Shown: in pieces, positions 26,110 through 35,986 of the stretch | How positions within the stretch are numbered: position 1 is the first letter of the stretch | How the letters are laid out: each line of letters begins with the position of its first letter | Origin: a virus | Taxonomy: Duplodnaviria; Heunggongvirae; Uroviricota; Caudoviricetes | DNA: 64,000 nt | IMG/VR virus record: IMGVR_UViG_3300009285_000507 | Coordinates: 32,749-96,748 of that record | Strand: one strand, 5' to 3' | Notes under the pieces: generated by a model | What the model saw: the letters and a program-made list of their open reading frames with translations, nothing else | The model's database searches: none | What the model was told of the DNA's origin: nothing | Program-made: the position numbers and the translations under genes

Positions 26110-26418
26110 ATGATCACTCCAATTTCTCCTATAGTAGAACAGTCAGCAACTCTAGCTGCTGATAACCCACTGACTAGCTTACATGTAATCAATAAGTGTC
26201 AACAGTATCAGGTGTCATGTGTTGCGGGCACCGTTGTTGTTCACTTTGTTTATTCAACTGACAGTGGTGTTACCTATACTGGTGAGGCACTTCCCTCACT
26301 TACACTCACCGCCGGTCAGACATACTCAAGGAACAATGGTTTCTCAGATTACCCTTGTTCTCTTTACATAGACGGAGCTGCTGGAAGCACTTATACAGTT
26401 CTTATTGAGTACATCTAG
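26110..26418 (+). CDS. hypothetical protein (102 aa)
   Basis: ORF with AGGTAAAAGATG start context, directly after terL. Confidence 0.45.
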   Translation: MITPISPIVEQSATLAADNPLTSLHVINKCQQYQVSCVAGTVVVHFVYSTDSGVTYTGEALPSLTLTAGQTYSRNNGFSDYPCSLYIDGAAGSTYTVLIEYI

Positions 26419-26432
26419 GAGGAGACTAGCAA

Positions 26433-26819
26433 ATGCCTATTACAACATCAGTTGATATTCAGATGAACAGTGTGAATATCAATGTTAAGGATCTAGAAGA
26501 TCTCACTACACTTAACAATCAGTACACACTAACAGCTAACGCTTTGCTGAATAGTGTTAACAACGAGACAGCTGTTATCATTGACCTTCTTGATGGTCCT
26601 GGCTCAGCTTCAGAGGGTGCAAGTGCTAATGTAGTTACCGATGCTGACATTGATGGCACCAATTATTGCCAGGGTAGTCAGGGAAACGTCAAGAATATAG
26701 TTGAGGTTACTAACCCAGCCGGAACAGTGAATGAGTACATCACTACTTTCTTCTACCAGAATGCTACATATCCTTATGTAATGACTTCTTATAACAAGAT
26801 TCCTTACGCACCAGCTTAA
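26433..26819 (+). CDS. hypothetical protein (128 aa)
   Basis: ORF with AGGAGACTAGCAAATG start context. Confidence 0.45.
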   Translation: MPITTSVDIQMNSVNINVKDLEDLTTLNNQYTLTANALLNSVNNETAVIIDLLDGPGSASEGASANVVTDADIDGTNYCQGSQGNVKNIVEVTNPAGTVNEYITTFFYQNATYPYVMTSYNKIPYAPA

Positions 26820-26834
26820 CTACAGGAGATACTA

Positions 26835-27902
26835 ATGGGATTACTTTCAACTTATGACATCATACAGGATAGCAAGATTAATTTTTGCTTTCCTTTTGTA
26901 AAGAATCTCACCTCGAATATCTCAGCAAACGCTAACACTGGTGATATTTGGGTATCCCATAACCTGTTTGTTTTGGGGGACATCTCAGCAAATGGAATTC
27001 AGGGAACACTAGGTTCATTTGTTGTTACAGATTTTACCATTAACGGTGACGCAAGCTTTAATGGCAGTGTTGCATTTGCTGATCCTATTGTTGGTGGCAT
27101 CTCTGTTGAAGGCGAAGGTCTTCCAATAGCGACGTTCTCAAGACCTTCAGAGAGCACTTCTCTTTTCTACTCGGCCATTGGTAACATCAATCAGTCACGT
27201 ATAAGTTCAACAGGGTCAATAGTTTTCTTTAACAACGACCCAACTGGTGATGGTACAGATGGTGTTCAGATTATGCAGCTCAGCAGCAATGGAGTTAACA
27301 GTGGCGACAAAGGTACTGTTAACATTTATGGTGAGCTCGTTGTTGATGACATTAACAAGGATGGTCTAGTACTTAATGTAGGTACAGGATGCTTCTTCAA
27401 TGGAGCTAACGGTGGTACTGGTGACATCGCAAAGTTTACACGTACAGATGAGAATACCTCGGTTATCATCTCTGCTGTGAGTAACGTTGACTCACGTATT
27501 AGCTCAACAAAGAAACTAAAGCTTGTTGTAGCTGCTACAGATGGCATTACAGGTACCACAGCAATTGAGATGAGTGGTAATACAATCACCTTTAATGGTG
27601 ATGTTCTGTTTACTAATGGTCTTGATCTGGGTGACGTTACTTTTAACAATGCTTTAGTTGATAATGACCTTACAGTTTCGGGTTCATTTAGTGCACCAGG
27701 AGTACCACACTTTTTCAGCCAGACATATAATAGTGCAAGCTCCTACCTAGTTGTTCATTCAGTTAATAACATGGTACCAATCGTTCAGATATACTCAGCC
27801 AACAAACAGTATGGTGCTGACAGCATTGATGTTGTAGATGCTAATTCAGTAACTGTTAGCTTCAATGCTTCTTATGATGTAACGATTTCAGTGGTAGGGT
27901 AG
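26835..27902 (+). CDS. tail fiber-like protein (355 aa), paralog of the next gene at its C-terminus
   Basis: G/T/N/S-rich beta-type sequence. C-terminal SVTVSFNASYDVTISVVG parallels the ...NTVNCYVTVVG end of the 798-aa fiber. Confidence 0.45.
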   Translation: MGLLSTYDIIQDSKINFCFPFVKNLTSNISANANTGDIWVSHNLFVLGDISANGIQGTLGSFVVTDFTINGDASFNGSVAFADPIVGGISVEGEGLPIATFSRPSESTSLFYSAIGNINQSRISSTGSIVFFNNDPTGDGTDGVQIMQLSSNGVNSGDKGTVNIYGELVVDDINKDGLVLNVGTGCFFNGANGGTGDIAKFTRTDENTSVIISAVSNVDSRISSTKKLKLVVAATDGITGTTAIEMSGNTITFNGDVLFTNGLDLGDVTFNNALVDNDLTVSGSFSAPGVPHFFSQTYNSASSYLVVHSVNNMVPIVQIYSANKQYGADSIDVVDANSVTVSFNASYDVTISVVG

Positions 27903-27912
27903 GAGAATATAA

Positions 27913-30309
27913 ATGTCACGTATACTTGGTAATATTACTGCTAATGATTCTGTATTCAATAACTTAACAGCTACCAACACTGTTAACCTTGCTACAGTTA
28001 TTATGCAAGATGTGTCGGTTAATGGAAGACTTGTTGCTGCTGATTTATATGTTGCAGGTGACGTTGTAACAGTAAACAGTATTGAGATTAGTGGTAATCT
28101 ACATGCAAGCGGTAACACTGTTCTCGGTGATGAGCCTTTTGATACACTAACAGTTAATGGAAACTCCTACTTTGCTGATACAGTTAACATTATTGGTTTA
28201 CTTGATGTCCATACCATTAGCCACAATGGTGGTGTAACATTTAACACTCCTATCAATGCTGTTGATATGGTAATTGAAGCCGGTAACATTGATGCAAGTG
28301 CAGTTGACAATCTTACTCTTCAGGGTTCAAACGGAGTAAAGATTGAGATTGTTGGTGGGGATGACCTAATTAACCTTGTATCACCTCTGGTAAGTATAAA
28401 CTCAACGCTTGACGTTGCTACTATTAGTCATAGCGGTAATATTGACATTGGTGGTACATCAACCGTGTCAATTATTACTCTGTCAAACAACGCTGGTTCT
28501 GTTATTAAGTTGTGGGATGACAGTGGTATTGAGTTAAATGCTGCTAGTTATATTGACCTAAACTCACCTTTCGTAAACATTACAGCAAATGGTACACTAG
28601 ACGTAGCCACCATTGCTCATACAGGTAACATCCTTATCGGCAGCGGCGACGGCTACACCATTGACATGAACTATGACTCAGATAGCTTCGCAGTTTCTTA
28701 CCCCTACATTAACCTTAATGCAGAGATTGTTACTGTCACCACAAATGGTGTTCTCGATGTAGCCACTATTAGCCATCTGACAAGCGAGATGCAAATTTCA
28801 GCTAACCTTCAGATTACAGGAGATAATGGTAATGTTCGTATCACTGATGAAGGCATTATCCTATCATCAAATGTAGCTACAACTACCTCTATTATTGGTG
28901 GTGCACTTGACGTAGCTACTGTTAGCCATAACAGTACCATTAATCTGACAGCGGCAAACTTCAATCTAAATGCAGTGTCAGCAGAGCCAACATCACTAGC
29001 TCTTGGTGATGATGGCTGGGCTAATATTTCAGCTAAGAACGGTATCAACTTTGACGTTGCCTCAGGTTCTATTGAGGTTAATATTACTGAAGACCTAATT
29101 GAACTCAGTGGTAACACTGCTATTGCTGGCACTCTTGATGTAACCACTGTATCACACAATGGGCAGATAGGGATAACAGCCACAGAGGTTCAAATATGGG
29201 GTAACGTAGGGGCACAGAACAACACAGACGAGTGGAGAGTTTACAAGATTCTAATGGGTGGTGGTGGAGATACCCTACAAGTAGGCGAGGGTAACACAGC
29301 ACTTCTGTTTGATCTTGGTACAAATACTGTGACACTAACCGCAAATGGTACCCTGGATGTAACCACAATATCACATAGTGGTGGTACCAATGTAGTAACA
29401 GGTATAACACTAAATCAGGGTATGCAGATAGAGGGTACAGGCAATGGCTATGGATTTCAGTTTGGCGCAAATGACAATGCCATTCTATTTACAGACCCAG
29501 GAATCATAACGCTAAGGGCAGAGGATAGTATTGAGTTGTTTAGTGATGTTCTAATATCTGCTAACAAGTCCTTGGACGTAGCTACCATCTCCCACCTATC
29601 AAGCGAGATGCAGATTTCAGCTAACTTGCAAATCACTGCCGATAACGCAAATGTTCGCTTCACTGATGAGGGGATTGTTCTTTCTTCTAACTCCGCTACG
29701 AGTACTTCGATTATAGGTGGCGCACTTGATGTAGCCACAATTAGCCACCTAACAAGTGAGATGCAGATTTCAGCCAACATTCAGATTACAGGTGACAATG
29801 GCAATGTACGCATCACCGATGAAGGTATTATTCTATCGTCCAACTCTGCTACTTCAACTTCTATTATTGGTGGTGCTTTAGATGTAGCTACTATCAGTCA
29901 CTTATCGGGAGAGATGCAGATTTCCGCTAACCTGCAAATCACGGCTGATAATGCAAATGTGAGGTTCACAGATGAGGGTATTATATTCTCGTCCAATGCA
30001 GCTACAACCACCTCTATTATTGGTGGTGCACTGGATGTAGCTACCGTGTCACACAACGGTGGAACTACGTTTAACACTGGGGTAATGATTGAGGGGGCAA
30101 GAGTTTCACGCACCTATGAATCACCTAACCTCACAGCCAATACATTCTACACTGTTAACCATGCTCTTGCTGTAGCGTATCCCCAGGTAACAGTTATCTC
30201 AAACAATGAAGTTGTAATTCCTTGGAAGGTTAGTTACAACGATACAAACAATGTAGTGGTTGATTTCAGTGGTAACACTGTTAATTGCTATGTGACAGTG
30301 GTAGGGTAG
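27913..30309 (+). CDS. tail fiber/receptor-binding protein with tandem roughly 50-aa repeats (798 aa)
   Basis: At least four near-identical copies of LDVATISHLTSEMQISANLQITGDNGNVRITDEGIILSSNSATSTSIIGGA plus degenerate LDVxTxSHxG units. Confidence 0.55.
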   Translation: MSRILGNITANDSVFNNLTATNTVNLATVIMQDVSVNGRLVAADLYVAGDVVTVNSIEISGNLHASGNTVLGDEPFDTLTVNGNSYFADTVNIIGLLDVHTISHNGGVTFNTPINAVDMVIEAGNIDASAVDNLTLQGSNGVKIEIVGGDDLINLVSPLVSINSTLDVATISHSGNIDIGGTSTVSIITLSNNAGSVIKLWDDSGIELNAASYIDLNSPFVNITANGTLDVATIAHTGNILIGSGDGYTIDMNYDSDSFAVSYPYINLNAEIVTVTTNGVLDVATISHLTSEMQISANLQITGDNGNVRITDEGIILSSNVATTTSIIGGALDVATVSHNSTINLTAANFNLNAVSAEPTSLALGDDGWANISAKNGINFDVASGSIEVNITEDLIELSGNTAIAGTLDVTTVSHNGQIGITATEVQIWGNVGAQNNTDEWRVYKILMGGGGDTLQVGEGNTALLFDLGTNTVTLTANGTLDVTTISHSGGTNVVTGITLNQGMQIEGTGNGYGFQFGANDNAILFTDPGIITLRAEDSIELFSDVLISANKSLDVATISHLSSEMQISANLQITADNANVRFTDEGIVLSSNSATSTSIIGGALDVATISHLTSEMQISANIQITGDNGNVRITDEGIILSSNSATSTSIIGGALDVATISHLSGEMQISANLQITADNANVRFTDEGIIFSSNAATTTSIIGGALDVATVSHNGGTTFNTGVMIEGARVSRTYESPNLTANTFYTVNHALAVAYPQVTVISNNEVVIPWKVSYNDTNNVVVDFSGNTVNCYVTVVG
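28741..30060 (+). repeat. tandem roughly 150-bp coding repeats within the fiber gene
   Basis: Near-identical DNA blocks at about 28755, 29575, 29725 and 29875. Further degenerate copies lie between 28180 and 29400. Confidence 0.7.
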
Positions 30310-30449
30310 TTATATGCGCTCCATAGGTGATATAACTCTGTCAGACACTAAGAGTGTTGATGGTCTGTTATAGTGGAGAACACACCACCTTATATAGTTG
30401 GTGAGATGGTGAGCACAGTAATAGAAGTGATAGCGGAGGTAAAACAATA

Positions 30450-32066
30450 ATGGAATATTTTGGTCAGCATAAATTCGATGATAAGGTGTCAGCCAATACC
30501 TACGAGAACCTGTCGAGTACTCTTATTGGCGTTAATGGGTCTAAGATAACTGACACTCAATCGTCATTGACAAACTACAACGGCATAGACAACAACACAG
30601 CGGTATCCCTTGCGTATGACTCGGCTAATATGGTTGTTACCATGTCTGCTAACGGTGCATCGGCGTATGTGGCAGGGGTAAAGTATCCACTGCCTACTCA
30701 GACCTTTAACCATGTTGATGTCACCGACTCATACTTCTTGCAGGTACTTAGCAGTGGAGCAGTTACATTTAACACAGCATCTTGGAATTTAGTAGACGAT
30801 GCCCCGATAGCAGCAGTGTACTATAATGCCACTACAGGCAAGGGAATCCTAATGGATGAGAGACACCCTGCTTCAAGTGGTATGAGCAATGCAACTCACC
30901 TGTACGAGCACACTCACGAGGGTACACGGGTTACAAGCGGGTTTGCTATTTCAAGCTACACCGTCAACTCAAATGTCCTTGTTGATGTTCAACCAACAGT
31001 GGGCACAGGGGTTATTGCAGACGAAGACCTGTACACTACTATCCCCGCTGTGTCAGCTAATACTTCCTATAACTGTTGGTATCGCAGTGGGGCAGATGTG
31101 ACTGGCGAGTGGGATTGGCAAGACAGTAACACTCCATTTATCAACAACACAACCAACCCGTTCTATAATCAGTTGTCGGGTGGTAATTGGACAAACACAG
31201 AAATCAGCACAATCAATAGTTGGTTCAACGTGTGGGTATGTGCAGTACCTACAATAGACAATAAACACAAGATGGTATTTATCCAAGGACAGGTTCTCCA
31301 CACATCAAGCGCAACTGCGTCAGCAGCTTCATTTGCCACAGCTATCTCATGGGGGGCACATGTACCATTTAGAGAACTTGCCCCACTATATCAGATTGTC
31401 TGCAAGCGTGGAACAGTGGCAGGTACTTCGTTCTACACTGTAATTGAGTCTGTTAATCGTCTGATTGGTACAAGGTCAGTGCTTAGTGGTATTGTTTCAG
31501 CCACGTCACACTCTGCGCTATCTAACCGTACAGATGCTAACTCACACCCTGCGACAGCGATTGCGCCAGACACTACTAATTTCAGTAAGCGTTTGTCAAC
31601 AGCAGACACCACTGTACAAGCAGCATTAGACACGCTAGATGATTCACCAATGACAAGAGCGTTCGTACTTAGAGACGTAAATACAACTGTTACTACATCT
31701 GTTGACGGTTACCCTGCGTACAAGACAGGAACAACAACTCAAATAAGAGTCCCATTAATTAACGTTTGGGGTTCAGAGACAGTAGTTGCTGCTATGGGAA
31801 ACTCTTGTTTTGGCTTGAAGACAGATAACGCAGGAGTACCTGCATATGGTAGAATTAAGATTATTGTTAATGGAGTTTCTTACTACAGTGGGGATATATC
31901 AACTAATGCTACGGATTACGTTGACCTAACACCTACAGTGAACATAAGTGTTAACGACATTGTGAACGGTAATGTCACAGCTTCAACTGAGGTATGTATT
32001 GGTACTACCGGAAACACAGCGTCAATCATTCCTGGCAAGGTTTGTATAAACATTAAATACATTTAG
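30450..32066 (+). CDS. structural protein, possible tail spike/receptor-binding protein (538 aa)
   Basis: S/T/N/G-rich beta-type composition downstream of the fibers. No enzymatic motif recognised. Confidence 0.4.
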   Translation: MEYFGQHKFDDKVSANTYENLSSTLIGVNGSKITDTQSSLTNYNGIDNNTAVSLAYDSANMVVTMSANGASAYVAGVKYPLPTQTFNHVDVTDSYFLQVLSSGAVTFNTASWNLVDDAPIAAVYYNATTGKGILMDERHPASSGMSNATHLYEHTHEGTRVTSGFAISSYTVNSNVLVDVQPTVGTGVIADEDLYTTIPAVSANTSYNCWYRSGADVTGEWDWQDSNTPFINNTTNPFYNQLSGGNWTNTEISTINSWFNVWVCAVPTIDNKHKMVFIQGQVLHTSSATASAASFATAISWGAHVPFRELAPLYQIVCKRGTVAGTSFYTVIESVNRLIGTRSVLSGIVSATSHSALSNRTDANSHPATAIAPDTTNFSKRLSTADTTVQAALDTLDDSPMTRAFVLRDVNTTVTTSVDGYPAYKTGTTTQIRVPLINVWGSETVVAAMGNSCFGLKTDNAGVPAYGRIKIIVNGVSYYSGDISTNATDYVDLTPTVNISVNDIVNGNVTASTEVCIGTTGNTASIIPGKVCINIKYI

Positions 32067-32078
32067 TGGAGCAGACAT

Positions 32079-32255
32079 ATGAGAGAAGAACGAAAATTCA
32101 ACAATAGCTCGTGGGTTATATCCGAGGAACTTCACACCGCTATAAAGGAACTAACAGGAGTGTCATTACTCGCTGTTACCTGTGAGCTTGGCTATTCCCT
32201 TGTTGATGGGGACTTTACCGCAGAGCAATGGTTACAAATTGACACCTTGTTTTAG
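32079..32255 (+). CDS. small protein (58 aa), not in ORF track
   Basis: MREERKFNNSSWVISEELHTAIKELTGVSLLAVTCELGYSLVDGDFTAEQWLQIDTLF. GGAG 8 nt upstream. Confidence 0.3.
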   Translation: MREERKFNNSSWVISEELHTAIKELTGVSLLAVTCELGYSLVDGDFTAEQWLQIDTLF

Positions 32256-32256
32256 A

Positions 32257-32270
32257 ATTACTTATATACT
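32257..32270 (+). promoter_or_regulatory. late-promoter-like motif ATTACTTATATACT
   Basis: Recurring motif family; 32 nt upstream of the ATG at 32302. Confidence 0.35.
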
Positions 32271-32301
32271 CAGGCAATAACTACAGCACGAGGGAACAAC
32301 A

Positions 32302-32643
32302 ATGGCACCTGATGATCAAGAGATGAACGCGGTGAAGTCCCAGGTTAACAACATCGAGAACACTGTAGGTAATATCTCGCAGGATATCAGGGAGATACGT
32401 GAGATGGCGCACTCCTTTGCCAAGGAAGTAAGAGAAGCTATCTCAACTCTAGTTGGTATGCAGACAGAGATTAAGAACCTAACTGAGAGAGTAAATAAAA
32501 GAGATGCACATTGCGAGAAGTACAACCCAGAGTTCATTGCAGTACAGCAGCAGGTATCCTGGCATAACAAACTCCTTATGATTTTAGGCACAACCACAAT
32601 AGGTGCCATTGCTGCTGCATTATACAAACTAATCTTAAAGTAA
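32302..32643 (+). CDS. coiled-coil protein with C-terminal transmembrane helix (XhlA-like or holin-like candidate)
   Basis: Roughly 85-aa heptad region followed by LLMILGTTTIGAIAAALYKLIL. Confidence 0.4.
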   Translation: MAPDDQEMNAVKSQVNNIENTVGNISQDIREIREMAHSFAKEVREAISTLVGMQTEIKNLTERVNKRDAHCEKYNPEFIAVQQQVSWHNKLLMILGTTTIGAIAAALYKLILK

Positions 32644-32646
32644 CAC

Positions 32647-32675
32647 TTTAAAAAATACCTCCTACCTAGTATAAT
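32647..32675 (+). promoter_or_regulatory. candidate promoter (TTTAAA-N17-TAGTATAAT)
   Basis: TATAAT at 32670-32675, 28 nt upstream of the ATG at 32704. Confidence 0.4.
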
Positions 32676-32703
32676 ATAAGTGTAAGTAAAAACCACATAG
32701 GAG

Positions 32704-35016
32704 ATGCATGTGCGTAAGATTCTAATCATTGGCGATTCTCCGGCTCAACACACAGGGTTCTCAAACCAGATCAGACTAATTGCAAACGGGTTCATTAACA
32801 ATGGTAGCGAGGTTGTGTCCATTGGGTTCAATGCAAAGGACCAAGGTATCTCAATGTTCCAGCCACATTGGAAGCTATATGGTGTGAAGGGTACAAGTGA
32901 GTACCACGAGATCTATCACATCATTCTTGTTGAGCAGCCAGATGTAATTATTTCAGTTGCTGAGTTTAGCTGGACAATGGATATTGCAAAGCTGCCTGAG
33001 AAGTGGCGTAACCGTTGTATTCACTGGGTGGCGGTTGACTGCGAGCCAATCAATGAGCCTGCAGTTCATAGCCAGATCTGGTTCCGTAAGCATCTTGTAT
33101 TCATGGCTGATTATGGCAAGAGAATATATAGCACGTATTTAGATAAACATCCTAATGAGCACACTGTTTCAACTATTTATCTGGGTGTTGATACTGAAGT
33201 GTTCAAGCCTGTAGCAGACAAGAAGGAGCTTAAGAAGAAGGGTGGCTTCGAGGACAAGTTTGTAGCACTATTTGTTTCGCGTAACCAGTGGAGAAAGCGT
33301 CCTGATCTTCTTATTCGTGCGTGGGCTAAGTTCGTAAAAGACAAGAAGGATGCAGTTCTTATTATGCACACTGACGTGAGTACTGTGTCAACTAATCTTC
33401 AGACAGGGTACAACCTTCCTTACCTGATTGAACGTTTTGGTGTGAAGGACTCATGTGGTCTATCAAGTAAGCTGCAGTGCTCCACAGAAGAACTGGTCAG
33501 CCTAATGAACATGGCAGATGTACATTGTTTGCCATCAGCGTCAGAAGGATTCGGAGTAACACTGATTGAGACAATGGCATGTGGTGTTGTCAATATCACT
33601 ACCAAGAGCTCAACTATGCCTGAGATCATTGACAACCATGGAGTTCTTATTGATCCAATTGCCTTTGACATCCAGCCAGACCTTGGTGTTGATCGTCCAT
33701 TGATGGACACGGACAAAGCAGCTGAAGCACTCGAGGTGATGTACCAGACATGGAAGAACAATGTTTCCATTGAAGAAGAAAAGACTGCGATGCGTGAGTA
33801 CATCATTGCAAAGTATAGTGCACCAGTAATTCAGAAGCAGTGGGTTGATTTGGTTGAGAATATAGTTTGTGTAGAAAATGAGCCAAGAGGGTGTTTTATT
33901 GGTAGTACGGCTCGTAGCATTCTTATCCAGGGTAATGATAGCCCAACATTCTCTTACGGAGTAGTGTGCAGGGCACTAGCTGAGGAGTTCAGCAAACGTG
34001 GGTATGTTGTAGAGCACACTAACTTCACAGTGGATCACTGGAACCAGAACAAGGAGCTAGCACGTACAGCATGCTACAATAGCTATGCACACCGTAACTT
34101 TGATTACCACCTGAGAGTATCCTATCCACTAGACAGTAAGCTTATGGTTGGTCGGACAAATGTAAATCTTGTTCCTTATGAATGGCAGAACCTTCCTAAG
34201 TCGTGGGTCCAGGAATCATGGAACCCAGGTTTGCACTATGTTATGCCTTTGTCCAAGCATGAGGAGTTTGTATTCACTGGCTCAGGTGTTCCAAAAGAAA
34301 AGGTTAAAGGCATGGGTCTGGGGTACAACCAGTCAGTGTTCAACACTGATGCCACGCCACATGATTTCTCTGACATCAAGAAAGATACATTTGTAATCCT
34401 TATGCTTGGTAGTCTAATGTCAGTTGATAGCCGCAAGGGTGTTAGCTATGTTCTGGATGCATATACAAAAGCATTTAGCAAGTCAGACAATGTTGCCCTT
34501 GTTATCAAGACACTGCAGGCTCCTAACATGCCTAACTTTGTGCAGCAGGTTCGGCAGCACATGCAGGGCAAGGAGAATTATCCGCGCATTACTGTGATGG
34601 ATTCATTCATGCCACAGGAAGCTATCGCTGGGTTGTACAAGAGGGCCAATGTAGTAGTTAGTCCCAACCGTGGAGAAGGGTTCAACCTATGCGCTCTTGA
34701 GGCTATGGCTGTAGGTACACCAGCTATTATCACAGCCGGTGGTGGTAGTATGGATTTCACTTCAAAGGATACAAGTTACTTGGTAACCTGCAGCACAGTT
34801 GCTTGTGGAGCTCCAGCATACATTGATGCAAAGGATACAGACAATGGCTGGTTCAATCTTCAGCCAAGTATGGACTCACTTGTAGCTCATATGCGTAACT
34901 CGTATGATGATCGTGAGACACTGAAGAAGAAGTCAGAGGCTGGTATTAAGAAGGCTCAGATGTTTACATGGGGTGCTGCAGTCAGAGCCTTCGAACTTAT
35001 GGTTGGTGCTGCATAA
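32704..35016 (+). CDS. tandem GT4-family (GT-B fold) glycosyltransferase, 770 aa
   Basis: Two complete units, each ending in the GT4 E-x7-E region (SEGFGVTLIETMACGV and GEGFNLCALEAMAVGTP). Each has a preceding Rossmann-like half (FVALFVSRNQWRKRPDLL and FVILMLGSLMSVDSRKG). Confidence 0.7.
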   Translation: MHVRKILIIGDSPAQHTGFSNQIRLIANGFINNGSEVVSIGFNAKDQGISMFQPHWKLYGVKGTSEYHEIYHIILVEQPDVIISVAEFSWTMDIAKLPEKWRNRCIHWVAVDCEPINEPAVHSQIWFRKHLVFMADYGKRIYSTYLDKHPNEHTVSTIYLGVDTEVFKPVADKKELKKKGGFEDKFVALFVSRNQWRKRPDLLIRAWAKFVKDKKDAVLIMHTDVSTVSTNLQTGYNLPYLIERFGVKDSCGLSSKLQCSTEELVSLMNMADVHCLPSASEGFGVTLIETMACGVVNITTKSSTMPEIIDNHGVLIDPIAFDIQPDLGVDRPLMDTDKAAEALEVMYQTWKNNVSIEEEKTAMREYIIAKYSAPVIQKQWVDLVENIVCVENEPRGCFIGSTARSILIQGNDSPTFSYGVVCRALAEEFSKRGYVVEHTNFTVDHWNQNKELARTACYNSYAHRNFDYHLRVSYPLDSKLMVGRTNVNLVPYEWQNLPKSWVQESWNPGLHYVMPLSKHEEFVFTGSGVPKEKVKGMGLGYNQSVFNTDATPHDFSDIKKDTFVILMLGSLMSVDSRKGVSYVLDAYTKAFSKSDNVALVIKTLQAPNMPNFVQQVRQHMQGKENYPRITVMDSFMPQEAIAGLYKRANVVVSPNRGEGFNLCALEAMAVGTPAIITAGGGSMDFTSKDTSYLVTCSTVACGAPAYIDAKDTDNGWFNLQPSMDSLVAHMRNSYDDRETLKKKSEAGIKKAQMFTWGAAVRAFELMVGAA

Positions 35017-35020
35017 CTTT

Positions 35021-35034
35021 TTAGTTATACATTG
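35021..35034 (+). promoter_or_regulatory. late-promoter-like motif TTAGTTATACATTG
   Basis: Variant of the recurring motif, 25 nt upstream of the ATG at 35059. Confidence 0.3.
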
Positions 35035-35058
35035 AGCAAAGGGTTAGAGGTGTGCTCA

Positions 35059-35313
35059 ATGAAAAAGACAATCTGTGATAAGTGTTTTAAGCTTTTGACT
35101 AAGAACGATTTAGATAATAAGCTGGTATACTTAGGTGATCTGGAACTTTGTTCAGAGTGCAGTAAAGAGCTGCACTCCATCATAAAGATGCTGTATAGCT
35201 CGTTTTCATTTAATAGAAAGAGAGCCATGGATAACGCAGTTAGAGATTTCATGTCAGATGAGGACAAGAAGCCATCTGCATGGAGCATAATTAAATCCTG
35301 GTTCACATGGTAG
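35059..35313 (+). CDS. small zinc-finger protein (84 aa from ATG at 35059)
   Basis: CDKCFKLL...CSECSKEL. GAGG Shine-Dalgarno. The track ORF starts at a TTG at 35032. Confidence 0.4.
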   Translation: MKKTICDKCFKLLTKNDLDNKLVYLGDLELCSECSKELHSIIKMLYSSFSFNRKRAMDNAVRDFMSDEDKKPSAWSIIKSWFTW

Positions 35314-35570
35314 ACATGAAATTTAAGGACAAAATTCTTCACGCCTTGGTAAGCTTCATAATCTGCTGGGTCCTGCTGTATGGACAATCACTCAGTTCAG
35401 TGTTGTTTGTGTGCGCTGTAGCTCTGGGTATTGGCGCAGCAAAGGAAATGTGGGATCACTATAACCCACCACACTGCTGTGATTTATGGGATTTATTTGC
35501 AGATCTTGCTGGCATTATGTTATTCTTGGTATCAATTTATTTGTATACTATTCTAGGAGGTGTTAAATGA
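35307..35570 (+). CDS. small membrane protein, holin-like (87 aa)
   Basis: Two to three hydrophobic helices (LVSFIICWVLLYG, VLFVCAVALGIGAA, LAGIMLFLVSIYLYTIL). Confidence 0.4.
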   Translation: MVDMKFKDKILHALVSFIICWVLLYGQSLSSVLFVCAVALGIGAAKEMWDHYNPPHCCDLWDLFADLAGIMLFLVSIYLYTILGGVK

Positions 35571-35977
35571 CACCAGAAATTAAGGCAGCATTAGTAAATG
35601 CATTGACCCAAGCAGATCTTTGGCAGTATGTGTTTGGCGTTCTTGCAGTAGTTGGTGCCCCAGTTTGGGCAGCTTTTAAGATGTGGGCAGCAAAGAAGAC
35701 AGAGGCACTCCGTAAGAAGAACGATCTGTATGAGGAAGCCTACAAGCTAGTAGAGGTTGCAGTTGAGCAGGTGTACGTTGAAACTGTTCGTGCGTTGAAG
35801 GCAAAGAAGGGCAAGCTTAAAAAGAAGGATATCCTTGAAGCACGTGACGAGGCAACTAAGATTGCAATCAATCTGGGCAAGACAAAGGGTATGGATATTC
35901 TAGCTATTCTTGGTAAAGAGTACATGCCTGTTATCATTGCAAAGATTGTAACTTATGCTAAGCCATCAAAGGGCTAG
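35567..35977 (+). CDS. membrane-anchored protein with charged helical C-domain (136 aa)
   Basis: N-terminal TM YVFGVLAVVGAPVWAAF followed by a K/E-rich helix. Could be i-spanin-like. Confidence 0.35.
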   Translation: MTPEIKAALVNALTQADLWQYVFGVLAVVGAPVWAAFKMWAAKKTEALRKKNDLYEEAYKLVEVAVEQVYVETVRALKAKKGKLKKKDILEARDEATKIAINLGKTKGMDILAILGKEYMPVIIAKIVTYAKPSKG

Positions 35978-35986
35978 GAGGAACGT

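Noticed and set aside
27895-27912. AATATAAATG upstream of the fiber gene resembling the T4 late promoter TATAAATA
   Set aside because: A single occurrence, 3 nt from the ATG and overlapping the previous stop. The recurrent motif in this genome is ACTTATA(T/C)A instead.
28741-30060. Tandem repeats considered as a possible CRISPR array or VNTR
   Set aside because: Units are about 150 bp, in frame, inside a long ORF, and encode a repeated protein module. There is no short repeat-spacer architecture and no cas genes in the window.
33420-33806. 128-aa minus-strand ORF and other antisense ORFs inside the GT4 gene (32957..33142, 33177..33371, 34169..34396, 34236..34436, 34578..34760)
   Set aside because: Inside a long, motif-supported glycosyltransferase CDS.
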